Source: an uncultured delta proteobacterium (GTDB taxonomy: Bacteria; Desulfobacterota; Binatia; UBA9968). Taken from it: a stretch of 64,000 nucleotides of DNA. Below the pieces are notes generated by a model. The model was not told the DNA's origin. It worked only from the letters and a program-made list of their open reading frames with translations, and did no database searches. Shown here one piece after another: positions 53,358-64,000 of the stretch (position 1 is its first letter; each line of letters starts with the position of its first letter). The translations under genes were made by a program, and so were the position numbers. The DNA lies in contig CAVTUQ010000005.1 in assembly GCA_963737905.1 (NCBI GenBank), positions 1 through 64,000 of the forward strand, in the 5' to 3' direction.

Positions 53358-54347
53358 GTGAATTTCAGTCCTCATGCATTCTCCCTTCGGCAGCTTCAAT
53401 ACATTGTCGCGGTTGCCGATTTACTGAGTTTCAATCGCGCCGCCGATGAGTGTCACGTGTCTCAACCGTCGCTGAGCTTACAAATTGCTGAGATCGAGCG
53501 TGTATTGGCCATCACAATATTTGAGCGCGATCCTCACCGTGTTGCTTTGACCGCGGCGGGCAGGGAATTCGTCGAGAGTGCGCGTGCGGTATTGCACGCG
53601 GCCGACGCACTGGCGGAAACTGCCCGGCGTTGCATCGATCCGTTCTCCGGCACGCTACGCATCGGCGTCATTCCGACAATTTCGCCTTATTGGTTACCTG
53701 AGTTGACACCGGCCTTGCAGAAGGCCTATCCGCATCTGAAGGTGATCTGGTTGGAAGATAAGACTCATATACTTGTGCACGCCCTTCAATCAGGTGCTAT
53801 CGACGCGGCTCTGCTGGCGCTGGAAGCGGAAATCGGCGATGTCGAGCGCGAGGTGATCGCAAAAGACCCATTTGTCTTGGTGGCGCCGGCGGGAAATCCA
53901 CTCGTGGCGAAACGCACACCCGCCAAGGCTGCCGAATTGCGCGAAGCAACCGTGATGGTGCTCGAAGACGAACATTGCTTTGGCAAACAGGCTCTGGAGT
54001 TCTGTTTTCGTGCCAAAGCGCAAGACCATCAGTTCCGAGGAACGAGTCTCGCCACCATCATCAGCATGGTCGCGGGCGGTGTAGGAGTGACATTGTTGCC
54101 GACTCTCGCGGCGCGCAGCGAGGTACGAATTAATAATCTGCGTGTGCGCCGTTTCGCTGATCCCGAGGCGGTTCGGACCATCGGTCTGGTGTGGCGCAAG
54201 AAATCTTCACTTGCACCAGCCTTGCGCAAGTTGGCGACCAGCATGAGTCAAGCTTATCCAAAGATTCAAGAGTCCAATTTAAGGGGAAAATCAATAATTC
54301 CCGGGACAGTGTCAGCGGAAAGTAAAAAGCTGGTGATTGGCCACTGA
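53358..54347 (+). CDS. oxyR: LysR-family peroxide sensor OxyR
   Basis: LRQLQYIVAVA, HVSQPSLS, GVIPTISPY, redox pair HCFGKQALEFC (C-x8-C); divergent from katG. Confidence 0.92.
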   Translation: MNFSPHAFSLRQLQYIVAVADLLSFNRAADECHVSQPSLSLQIAEIERVLAITIFERDPHRVALTAAGREFVESARAVLHAADALAETARRCIDPFSGTLRIGVIPTISPYWLPELTPALQKAYPHLKVIWLEDKTHILVHALQSGAIDAALLALEAEIGDVEREVIAKDPFVLVAPAGNPLVAKRTPAKAAELREATVMVLEDEHCFGKQALEFCFRAKAQDHQFRGTSLATIISMVAGGVGVTLLPTLAARSEVRINNLRVRRFADPEAVRTIGLVWRKKSSLAPALRKLATSMSQAYPKIQESNLRGKSIIPGTVSAESKKLVIGH

Positions 54348-54444
54348 GCCGCTTAGTGATTCGATTGCCTCTTGATAACGCGGATGGAGAGGGGACGAGA
54401 AAACTGTTTCCAGTTCGTTTAGTCAATGGAGCCTGAGGATCAAG

Positions 54445-54530
54445 TGGTGCCGGAGGAGGGACTTGAACCCTCACAGGGTTACCCCTACCGGATTTTGAGT
54501 CCGGCGCGTCTGCCATTCCACCACTCCGGC
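54445..54530 (-). tRNA. tRNA-Leu(CAA)
   Basis: GCCGGAGTGGTGGAATGGCAGACGCGCCGGACTCAAAATCCGGTAGGGGTAACCCTGTGAGGGTTCAAGTCCCTCCTCCGGCACCA: long variable arm, encoded CCA. Confidence 0.97.
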
Positions 54531-54609
54531 ACGAGAGATATTATTAATAACGAAGCGTCGATTGGGATACAAGAGCGGCAGCAGATCTGCACGGAGATGA
54601 GCGGATCGT

Positions 54610-55973
54610 TTAGAAAAGTAATTTCCAGCACTCAGCTAGAGAGCTCACGCCGGCGAGCTTTGGATGCTTAATATGCGTGAGTTGGGAGCTGTTGCTCGCG
54701 GGAAGGATACAACGTTCGAAGCCTAGCTTTCCCGCTTCTTTGACACGGGCTTCAGCCTGCGAGATGCCGCGAATTTCTCCAGCCAGTCCCACTTCTCCGA
54801 AAAAAACAGTTCTCGGATCTATGTTTTTTTCCTTGTGACTTGAAGCGACCGCCGCGATGATCCCGAGGTCCACGGCGGGTTCATCGACGTGGACGCCGCC
54901 GGCGACGTTGACAAAGATATCTTGGTTGAAGAGCTTCGCGCCCATTTTTTTCTCCAAAACCGCCACCAGCAAAGCCACACGGTTATGATCCACGCCGATG
55001 GTCGTGCGTCGCGGCACGGCCAAGAATGAGTGGCTTACCAAGGCTTGCAGTTCCACCAAAATCGGCCGCGTTCCTTCCATGCTGCAAACGACGGCAGACC
55101 CTGGTACTTCCAGCGGTCGCTCCATCAGAAAGATCTCTGAAGGATTGGTGACCTCTTTGAGGCCGGCTTCCTTCATCTCGAAAACGCCGATCTCGTTGGT
55201 TGAGCCAAATCGATTTTTAACGGCTCTCAGGATTCGAAAGCTGTGGCCGCTCTCGCCCTCAAAGTAGAGGACGGTATCGACCATATGTTCGAGCACCCGC
55301 GGCCCGGCAATCGCGCCATCCTTGGTCACGTGGCCGATTAAAAACGTCGTCAAGCCGGTTTTTTTCGCGAGCACGATAATGGAACCGGAACTTTCGCGCA
55401 CCTGCGCGATGCTGCCGGGGGCGGACGGAAGAGTAGAAGTAAAGATCGTTTGAATCGAGTCGATGACGAGGACGCCAGGTTTGAGCTTCTTCACATGCTC
55501 GATGATTCGTTCCAGAGAGGTTTCGCTCAGAACGAGCAGGTTTGGCGCTGCAATGCCGAGCCGTTCCGCGCGCATCTTGATTTGTCGCTGAGATTCCTCG
55601 CCGGAAACATAGAGGCAAGTAAGACCCGTTTGACTGATGGCGGCGAAGGCTTGCAGGAGCAGGGTCGATTTGCCGATGCCGGGGTCGCCGCCTATGAGAA
55701 TGACGGAGCCTGCGACCAGCCCGCCGCCAAGAACTCTGTCGAACTCGCCGATGCCTGAAAGTACCCGACCTTCTTCGGCAATATCGATCTCATGGATCGA
55801 TGAAGGGGCTTCACTGGTGCCGAGACTCAGTTCGCCGCGCGGATGGGCGGCTCTTCTCGTACTTCTCTTCGGCAAAGGTATTCCATTGGTTGCAGTCCGG
55901 GCAGCTCCCCAGCCATTTGGGCGACTGATAACCGCAGCTCTGGCAGGCGTAGACGATTTTTGGCTTTAGCCAT
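54610..55973 (-). CDS. radA: DNA repair protein RadA/Sms (5' indels)
   Basis: [14 protein letters not shown] Zn finger in a shifted frame, [30 protein letters not shown]. Confidence 0.96.
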
Positions 55974-56032
55974 CGGTCAGTATTTTATCAGGCCACAATA
56001 AGATTCTTAATTATTATTCATTGCTCCAGATT

Positions 56033-56584
56033 TCAGCCCAATTTCCTCTGGGGCATATTCCAACGGTTCACCAGTTTAGAGATTTGCTCGGTCGCGCCGC
56101 CTGGTTCGGCGTGAATGATAAGGATCTCGTCGGCCAATGCAGCGACGAGTTGGTTACGACGACGGGCAGATTTCGCGTCAGGCCGGCGCGGGCGCCCTTC
56201 GAATGGGGAAAGTACCAATAAACGACCAGAGTCCAAGGCTTGCCGCCATTCGACCGGGATCCGGATTTTGACCAGAGAGCGAGCCAGACAAATGATAATC
56301 GGCTGCTTCCCTCGCAGCAGAATCCGTAGGCATTCCTTCTCTACAGGAGAGTGAAAACCACTAATGACAGACACGCCTTCATCGCGCAGCTTTCGGGCAG
56401 TGTCGTATGCAGCGAGGATAGCGTCACCCGGGCAACGGACAGAGCAGAACAGCGCAGTCTTAAGTTGTGATAGCGAACCGAGGTTCCCCAGCGCGGCCAG
56501 TGTCTTTGGAGCATGATCGCCCAAGCGTTCGCGCAAACTTACGGGATAACCGACATCGGTAGATCTCAAAACCGTGGAGTCCAT
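56033..56584 (-). CDS. Short DprA/Smf-like (SLOG fold) protein
   Basis: YPVSLRERLGDHAP, ALFCS, VISGFHSPVE, ARRRNQLVAALAD. Confidence 0.8.
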   Translation of the reverse strand: MDSTVLRSTDVGYPVSLRERLGDHAPKTLAALGNLGSLSQLKTALFCSVRCPGDAILAAYDTARKLRDEGVSVISGFHSPVEKECLRILLRGKQPIIICLARSLVKIRIPVEWRQALDSGRLLVLSPFEGRPRRPDAKSARRRNQLVAALADEILIIHAEPGGATEQISKLVNRWNMPQRKLG

Positions 56585-56661
56585 CCATGATTGGCTAAGC
56601 GGGAATGGGTTGGATCTTCTTTAGTTCAGGGCCTTCGTAGTGGCCCTACAGCCTTTCCTGG

Positions 56662-56922
56662 TCACGCGGCGACGATATCGACACGGGCAGCGTAACCGAG
56701 TTTTCGCAGCAATTGCTCGCAGTCCTCCCACGTCAAACCGAAGGCGCGCACATCGGCAACTCCAAGTCGCGCTACCGCATCGGCTATGACATCTGCATCT
56801 TGCTCCGCGAAATCGCCCTCCCTCATCGCTTCTTCTGCCCAACTGACTAACTCCGCGAGAGAAATGTCATGGCGCAAGTACGCCGCGATCCTGTTTGCGA
56901 CCGTCTGCTTCGTGATAGTCAT
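56662..56922 (-). CDS. Small hypothetical protein coupled to the TA pair
   Basis: 86-aa ORF whose start overlaps the upstream stop (ATGA). Confidence 0.7.
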   Translation of the reverse strand: MTITKQTVANRIAAYLRHDISLAELVSWAEEAMREGDFAEQDADVIADAVARLGVADVRAFGLTWEDCEQLLRKLGYAARVDIVAA

Positions 56923-57131
56923 TTGTAAGGTGTCAACTCGGCCTCAAAAGGTCGTTCCCTGCGAAACCGGCTTACTCCCAGGATACTGAAACCGATGACG
57001 TGCCCATCCTCGTCCACGCGTTCCATAAGCGCGTCATGGTTGGTCCCGCGCATGTAGCCCGGCGCGTCGCTGAATTGCACCTCTAGGAAATCTCCCTCGG
57101 GATCGAACCACACCTTTACTTTCTCGGCCAT
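56919..57131 (-). CDS. DUF2283-like putative antitoxin
   Basis: VWFDPEGDFLEV..ERVDEDGHVIGFSILGVS. Confidence 0.8.
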   Translation of the reverse strand: MAEKVKVWFDPEGDFLEVQFSDAPGYMRGTNHDALMERVDEDGHVIGFSILGVSRFRRERPFEAELTPYK

Positions 57132-57427
57132 ACGGTTTCTCCGGCTTTGATAGTATCTGTCAAATACGCGGTTATCACAAAGGCATCATCCGTTGGGTAC
57201 TTTACCACGACACATAGCCATTTCCCACCTACATGTGTTCGTGCATAGAACTCATAGAATAGCTTTACGCTATCATCGGATCGCGATAGCCGCACCTCCG
57301 CAGGTGCTTGTACGACTCGCTCGATTTCGTTCTCCATCCCGGCCATCTCCACGTGCTGTAAAATGTGAGTTAGACGTTCGTCGGTGAGCCTCACGTCATG
57401 ACCGAAACAGTCGCGGATGATCTTCAT
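57116..57427 (-). CDS. RelE/BECR-like putative RNase toxin
   Basis: VRLTDERLTHI..LCVVVK..FVITAY, overlapping the DUF2283-like gene. Confidence 0.7.
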   Translation of the reverse strand: MKIIRDCFGHDVRLTDERLTHILQHVEMAGMENEIERVVQAPAEVRLSRSDDSVKLFYEFYARTHVGGKWLCVVVKYPTDDAFVITAYLTDTIKAGETVWPRK

Positions 57428-57603
57428 GGTTGCGTAATATATTCAGGAAAAGACTCGAGGCCCCTTCGGCCTCAGCGTCTACGTGCTTTAAGGTAACCCG
57501 CCCGCCAACCAAGACGTCCCAGCACATCCAACCAATAGCGCCTTCCGCCGCCCGGTAACTCTTCCCAGCTTCTAAATTTCCTTTCGTTCTGGACCCGACT
57601 GTT

Positions 57604-57737
57604 CATTCCTCTTCGTTCTCCGCTTCTCGCCCCATCCGGTACTTGATGTCGTAGTTGCCTGCCCTGAGCCGAGCCGAAGGGATAAAGTCCAACTATTTAT
57701 CCGTGAATTCGTAGTGCGCCGCCAGCACCGGTCGAGC
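57604..57737 (-). pseudogene. Degenerate second copy of a type IIG R-M gene 3' end, interrupted by a REP
   Basis: [16 protein letters not shown][REP 57658-57681]NYDIKYRMG matches 58939-59055. Confidence 0.8.
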
Positions 57738-57793
57738 ATCTTAAAGGATTTTATCGCCATTTCCCCCCAATATCCCCATTTCCCAATTCTAGG

Positions 57794-58939
57794 TCATTGA
57801 TCGACCAACTCTCGTCGCTGCCGCTCCAGGAATCGTTGGAGGTCTTCCTTCGAGGGCAGCACGAGCTGGTACTTGGAGACAAAAAGACGGTTGTTCATCG
57901 CCGCCAGCGCATATTCCACCAGTGCATGGTCTTTCTGTGCACAGAGCAAGAGACCGAACGGCGGGTTGTCGCCCTTGACCATCATGTGTTTACGGCACCA
58001 AGTGACGTAGGTATTAAGCTGACCCAGGTGTTCGTGGCGGAACTCGTCCACCTTGAGGCTCGACGAGGACGTGGCACTTCAAGATGCGGTGGTAAAAGAC
58101 AAGATCCACAAAGCCGCGCGTCTTGCCGATGAGTATGCTTTTCTGTCGCGCCTCGAAGCAGAAACCGTGGCCTAGCTCCAGAAGAAACTCTGCAGATTGT
58201 CGAGAAGAGCATCCTCCAGCCGCGATATGCGCTCATCACCTCCTTCAGTTTAAGGCCGAGGAACTCGAAGACATAGGGATCGCGGATAGCGACGTTCGGT
58301 TCGGCTTGTTCGGCACCAGCCCGCATAGGGCCACGAGCTTCTTTTTGTCCCGTGACAGGCCCGATCGCTCGAAGTATAGGCTACCGATCTGGCGCTTCAA
58401 AACTGCGCACCGACCAGTTTCCACGAATGCACTCGATTTCATAAAAGGCCCGTTTGAGGGGATTCTCAATTTGAATCAGTTCGGCGAAGTGGCTAAACGA
58501 CAGCCTTGAGATCAGCATTTTACCGGGCGATCCGAAATCGGGAGACGGCGTCTCCCGAATCTTTCGCTGTGTGCGGCTAGGAACTGGATGGAGCGGGCGC
58601 ATTTCGGGAGTCAACGACTCCCGAATCTTGGGATAGACCAGATAAAAGCGGCGGTAACGCCGTAACTCGCGTTCCTCCACCCTGCTGAACGCCCTTCTCC
58701 CCGAGTGCCGCAGACAGATTTTCGAGCAACCGTTCACCATATTTCGCCCGGTCGGTGCCGTTTTGCTCGTAAACGACGATGTAGAAGCCGACCAGCCAGT
58801 TGCGCAGCGTAAGGCTCACGTTCACTGCTCGACTGGCAACGGCAGCGCTCCGCTCGCATACCTGCCGCACCGCGTCGACTAATCTAGTAAAGTCGAGCTT
58901 GCGCTTGAACGTGATAGATCGCGTCGTCTTACGCGGCAT
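57794..58939 (-). CDS. DUF1016/YhcG PD-(D/E)xK protein (multiple frameshifts; possible pseudogene)
   Basis: AVNVSLTLRNWLVG..DRAKYG, LSFSHF..RAFYE, IRDPYVFEFLGL, GQLNTYV, LFVSKYQLVLP. Confidence 0.85.
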
Positions 58940-59415
58940 CAGCTTTCCTCGTCAAGTTCCGCTTCCCGTCCCATCCTATACTTGATGTCGTAGTTGATGA
59001 TGAAGTCCAACTCCTCATCCGTGAATTCATAGTGTGCCGCAAGCACCCGGTCGATTTCGTCGATGATGTGCTTGGACAAGCTTGGCCGAAACTCTTGAAA
59101 TTTGCAGTCCTGCCGTTCACGGATGAACGAGTTCTTGTCATAATCCCGCATCAAGCGATCGAAGAGCTTTGGCATTTTTTTGAGATGTTGGCTCAGCGCG
59201 CTCAGAAGCTCATCCTGAGGGAGTTTCGCCATGCCGATTAAGAGGCGACAACAATGACCTTCCCCGCCCGGCCAAGGTTCAAGGTGAGAATCGATCTGCT
59301 TCCAGCCGCGGAGATTAAAATAGCCCACACAGAAGTCGGATCGAGTAGACAACTCCAGCGTCTCACGAAGAGCGGGTAGAAGCTGTTGGTCAATATTGTC
59401 GAAGATGCGGGGCAT
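58939..59415 (-). pseudogene. Chimeric deletion scar: helicase/PLD N-terminus joined to type IIG MTase C-terminus
   Basis: [27 protein letters not shown] followed by [35 protein letters not shown] within only 158 aa. Confidence 0.75.
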
Positions 59416-59716
59416 GGTGCCTTAAAGCGAGAAGTGGCAGATTTCTTGCGCGATCATCTGCATCATTGCGAAGCCCTTCGACCGGGCTCAAGGCGAACGG
59501 AGTTTAGCATGCCCAATCGGCTTCCGGTCCACTCGAACCCCAAGAACAGAATTCATTGGCCGGATTAGTTTTCTCCTTGCCATGTGGATAGTGGACGGTT
59601 CTATGGATCTGAAATTTCAGCAATTCTACGTGACATGGGAGCGTTTTGAAAAGCGTACGATTAAGGCCTCAGTGGTTGCCTAATTGGCTCATCCCTGCAA
59701 TAAATTTACGTCGATT

Positions 59717-60900
59717 ATGAGTCCCGATTTCTTATCCGAGGAACTCGAAACACTTAAGAGGCGGGGCTTTATCGTAAACTCCGGCAGGTCGAAAACGACC
59801 AGGGGCCGACGCTGCTGCTGGATGGGCGAGAAGTGATTAATTTCTCTTCCAATAATTATCTTGGGCTTGGCGAACTCATCCGGCGCTACGGGAAGCGGCG
59901 AAGGAGGCGATCGATCGCTACGGTTGCGGTTCTGGGGCGTCGCGGCTGATTTCAGGGAATATGACCCTGCACGAAGAGCTGGAGAGCAAGATCGCGGAGC
60001 TCAAAGGAACGGAAGCCGCGCTGATATTTAATTCCGGCTTTCAGGCAAACACGGGAATCATTCCCGTTTTGGTGGGAGAAGGAGACGTGATTCTGAGCGA
60101 TGCGCTCAATCACGCCAGTATCATCGACGGTTGCCGCCTGTCGCGGGCCAAGATTGCGGTTTACGGTCACTGCGACACAGAACAACTTGAGCGACAGACT
60201 AAGAGATGCGGCACATCACAGCCGCAAGCTCATTGTTACCGAGTCGCTCTTCAGCATGGACGGTGATGAAGCGCCGCTCACGGATATTGTAAATCTGGCC
60301 GAGAAGTATGGCGCGATAGTCATGGTCGACGAGGCGCACGCAACGGGCGTGTACGAGCCCAACGGGGCGGGTTTGGTTACGAAATCGGGATTGGGCGATC
60401 GCGTGCTGATCCAAATGGGGACGTTGGGTAAGGCTCTCGGCGGCTTCGGTGCCTACGTCGCCGGCAGCGAAGCGTTGCGCGAGCTGTTGATCAACCGTTG
60501 CCGTAGTTTCATTTTTACAACGTCGTTACCCCCAGCAGTGATGGCCATGGGTATAGCCGCTATCGATCTCGTAAAGCGAGAACCCGAACGGCGGCAGGCT
60601 TTGTGGAAGAACTGTGAACAGCTTAGAACGGGACTAAAAGAACTCGGGTACTCACTTGGTGATAGCCAGAGCCAAATCTTGCCGCTAATGATCGGCGATG
60701 CGGCTCAATGCATGAAACTATCCGAAGATTTGCTGCAACGAGGAGTATTTGCCCAAGGAATTCGGCCCCCAACGGTTCCGCCGGGCACGTCTCGCTTGCG
60801 CATCACACTGATGGCGACGCATACACGCGAGCAGATCGACCAAGCCCTGAAAGTTTTCAAGGAAGTCGCGCGGGAGATGAGAGTCGAGGATCGAGGATAG
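59717..60900 (+). CDS. bioF: 8-amino-7-oxononanoate synthase (indels near 59765, 59870, 60195)
   Basis: [56 protein letters not shown]. Confidence 0.95.
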
Positions 60901-60940
60901 AGGATGGAAGATAGAAGAAGTATGAGGATGGAAGATCGAT
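60878..60940. repeat. GATCGAG-family heptamer array at bioF-bioA junction
   Basis: gtcgag-gatcgag-gatagag-gatggaa-gatagaa..gatggaa-gatcgat. Confidence 0.85.
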
Positions 60941-60954
60941 AACCTTGGGTCGCT

Positions 60955-62308
60955 GTGAACTACGAAGATCTCAAAAGGTTCGACCATACTTACCTTTGGC
61001 ATCCGTTCACGCAGATGCAAGAGTGGGTGGGTGAGGAGCCGTGCATCATCAGCCACGGCGAGGGCCATTATCTTGTCGATGTGCACGGCCGAAAGTACCT
61101 GGACGGCGTTTCGTCGCTTTGGTGCAATGTTCACGGACATCGAAAAAAAGAGCTGGACGATGCGATAAGGGCTCAGCTGGATCGCATTGCTCATTCCACT
61201 TTTCTGGGATTGAGTCACGTGCCTGGCATTCAGTTGGCGCAAAAGCTGATCGAGATTGCTCCGCAGGGTCTGCAACGGGTTTTTTACTCAGACAGTGGCG
61301 CCACCGCGGTCGAAATCGCACTCAAAATGGCAGTCCAATACTGGCAACTGAAGGGCCAGCCAAAACGCACGCGAGTTGCATCACTTGCCGAGTCCTATCA
61401 CGGCGATACGGTGGGCTCCATGAGCATGGGCTACTCGGAGACCTACCACCGTTTTCACAAGAGTCTCCTTTTCCCGGTAGTGCGCATAACGCCGCCCCAC
61501 GGGTTTCGGTACTTGAAGCGTTTGAGCGATGAAGAAGCGCTCAAGAGCGCGATCCGCGAGGCCGAAGAAAAACTCACGCAAGAAAAGGATTCGCTTGCGG
61601 CGCTGATCGTTGAGCCTTTGATGCAGGGAGCGGCCGGGATGTGGTCCCAGCCGCCGGGTTATGTCTGGGCGTTGCGGGAGATCTGCCGCAGGAATGGGAT
61701 TCTTTTTATTGCTGACGAAGTAGCCACCGGCTTTGGCCGGACGGGAAGGATGTTTGCCTGCGAGCATGAAGATGTCCGCCCCGATGTTCTTTGCTTGGGA
61801 AAGGGAATCACCGCTGGTTATCTACCGCTGGCTGCGACCCTCACGACCGAGGAGATCTTTTCCGTCTTTCTCGGGGAGTACAAGGAATTCAAGACATTCT
61901 TTCATGGTCACACCTACACGGGTAATCCGTTAGGATGCGCCGTCGCTCTCGCGAGCCTTGATTTGTTCAAGCAGGAAAATATCATCGGCCGGATGCAACC
62001 CAGGATCGACTATTTAAGGCACAGGCTGAAGCAGGATTTTCTACCCCTCGCACACGTGGCCGATGTCCGCCAGTGGGGTTTTATGGTCGGCATCGAGCTG
62101 GTGGAAGATAAGAACGAGCGTGGAAGCTATCCGCCGGAAAGAAGAACTGGGGCACAAGGTAATCCTGGAGGCACGCAAACGAGGCGTTATGATTCGGCCT
62201 CTGGGGGATGTGATCATCCTCATGCCGCCGCTGAGCATCGCCGATGAGGAACTTAAGACCCTTCTGGATGTCACTTACGATTGCATTCAGGCTGTGACGG
62301 AGGATGAG
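60955..62308 (+). CDS. bioA: DAPA aminotransferase (frameshift near 62140; 3' end uncertain)
   Basis: LWHPFTQM, DGVSSLWCNVHGH, DSGATAVE, YHGDT, DEVATGFGRTG, GKGIT, HGHTYTGNP, IRPLG. Confidence 0.95.
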
Positions 62309-62372
62309 GGTCGAGAATCGAGGATCGAGGATAGAGGATGGATCGATCATCAATCCTCGATCTTCCATCCTC
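62305..62372. repeat. GATCGAG-family heptamer hairpin at bioA-bioD junction
   Basis: gtcgagaatcgaggatcgaggatagaggatggatcgatcatcaatcctcgatcttccatcctcg. Confidence 0.85.
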
Positions 62373-62386
62373 GGCAGTGGAAGAGC

Positions 62387-63121
62387 ATGGGTAGCGGAAT
62401 TTTCATCACCGGTACGGACACCGGTGTCGGCAAGACGTTTTTCGCCTGTGGTTTGGCTGCGCTGCTGAAAGAATCCGGCTACAAGGTCGGTGTGATGAAG
62501 CCTGCCGAGACCGGCTGCGATCAGGGTGAGGGCAAACTCGTGCCCCAAGACGCGTTGGCGCTCAAAGAAGCTTCACGTTGCCAGCTTTCATTAGAAACAA
62601 TCTGCCCTTACCAGTTTCGGGAACCTTTGGCGCCTAGTGTCGCCGCCGAGAGAGAAGGTGTCAAAATCGATATCGACCGTTTGATGAGCGTCTACGGTGA
62701 GATTAGCGCGGCTCACGACATTACGATAGTTGAAGGGGCCGGCGGGCTATTGGTGCCGTTGCTGCCGAGTTATACTTACGCCGACTTCGCAAAAGTCCTG
62801 AAACTTCCACTCATCGTCGTCGCTGCGAACAAGCTCGGTATGATCAACCACCTGCTTCTGACGTTAGAGTATGCAAGCCGCCAAGGGCTGAGTGTGCTGG
62901 GTTACGTGCTGAATCAAATCGGGAGCCCGCCATCGCTTGCTGCCGAGACGAACCGGGAGGCGTTGGTATGGCTGACCGGAGTTCCTTGCATAGGAGAGTT
63001 GCCGTACATTGAGGATTCGCAAAGTCAAAAGGCGCCACCATTGAATTTGATTGACGAGCAGCTCGATTTGCGGATCCTTGAAGCGGTTGTGAACCATAAG
63101 TTGGAGAAGTCACAGACATGA
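62387..63121 (+). CDS. bioD: Dethiobiotin synthase
   Basis: FITGTDTGVGKT, MKPAETG, PLAP, VEGAGG, LGMINH. Confidence 0.96.
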   Translation: MGSGIFITGTDTGVGKTFFACGLAALLKESGYKVGVMKPAETGCDQGEGKLVPQDALALKEASRCQLSLETICPYQFREPLAPSVAAEREGVKIDIDRLMSVYGEISAAHDITIVEGAGGLLVPLLPSYTYADFAKVLKLPLIVVAANKLGMINHLLLTLEYASRQGLSVLGYVLNQIGSPPSLAAETNREALVWLTGVPCIGELPYIEDSQSQKAPPLNLIDEQLDLRILEAVVNHKLEKSQT

Positions 63122-64000
63122 AGCTTAAATGCATAATTTCAACATTGTTGGTTCTCTTTTCCATTATCGTATCCAGTACGTCCGATGCAGCGGAAAAAAT
63201 CACGGTTTCCTACAGCAGCCGGACTTACGCTTTTCTCCCAGCTCAGGTCGCTGTCGCCAAAGGGCTTTTTTAAAGATGAAAACCTCGATCCGCAATTGAT
63301 CCAGATGCGAAGCCAGGTGACGGTGCCAGCTTTGCTCAGTGGGGAAGTCAATTACACTCTGAGTTTCGGCAACATCATAGCGGGCGCGATGCAGGGCATG
63401 CCGTTTAAAATACTGGCGGTTCTTACGGATAAGCCGCTCCATCACATTGTGGCGCGGCCGGAAATTAAAACCATCGCCGACTTGCGTGGAAAGCGTATCG
63501 GTGCTCAAAGGATCGGCGGGTCGGATCAACTCGCGGCTGAGGCGATTCTTCAAGCGAAGGGACTGGACCTGAAAGAGGTTCAATTCGTTACGTTAGGAGC
63601 CGACGAGCCCGTACGGGCGGAGATGTTAAGAAAGGGCCTCGTCGATGCCATCTGTGTCGCTCCTCCCGGGCCAAATCGACTGGCGCGGGAAGGTTTCAAT
63701 GTCCTCGGCGGGCCAAAGGACTTGAAGATTGGCAGCCCCATTTCCGCCGTTGCGGCTACGGATTTACAGATCAAGAACAGCCGGGACGAAACCAAGAGGG
63801 TCCTGCGAGCTGTTGTGCGCGGGCTGCGCTTCATCCACGAGCGAAAGGAAGAAGTGATTCCCATCATGGTCAAGTGGCTGAACCAGACCCCAGAGGTAGC
63901 CAGGGATTCATACGACTTGATCCTTCCGTCATTCAGTCCCGACGGTGGCACCGTGGACAAGACTTACGAGTTTGCCATCGATGCGCGCAAGGCGACCGTC
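63118..64000 (+). CDS. ABC substrate-binding protein, NMT1/SsuA family (partial; indel near 63262)
   Basis: Manual translation: signal peptide, VAVAKGFFKDENL, IKTIADLRGKRIG; open to the window end after a one-base correction. Confidence 0.85.

Noticed and set aside
59560-59716. BirA operator or riboswitch upstream of bioF
   Set aside because: No convincing palindrome or known RNA motif is visible.

Overview
A ~56% GC bacterial chromosomal window. The gene mix (NMT1/SsuA-type binding proteins, amidohydrolases, family III CoA transferases, MmgE/PrpD) suggests a Deltaproteobacteria-like lineage such as Candidatus Binatia; this is inference only. In order: an acyl-CoA catabolic cluster, a RuvB-like/Mrr nuclease fusion, hemE-hemH-hemY, dinB, two paralogous MFS pumps, clpB, then two single-domain KaiC-like ATPases behind a ~1,560-aa repetitive coiled-coil gene with a candidate sigma-54 promoter. 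The second half holds hisC, recD2, an F420 operon (cofG-D-C-E-fno), an ECF sigma/anti-sigma/DUF3106 trio, a katG-oxyR cassette bounded by tRNA-Leu(CAA) and a degenerate copy of its 3' end, radA, a collapsed defence islet, and bioF-bioA-bioD. Many genes carry single-base indels that look like long-read or consensus errors rather than true pseudogenisation. The strongest candidates for undescribed biology are the coiled-coil + twin KaiC module and the RuvB pseudo-ATPase-Mrr fusion. Family assignments come from motif recognition; no database searches were run.
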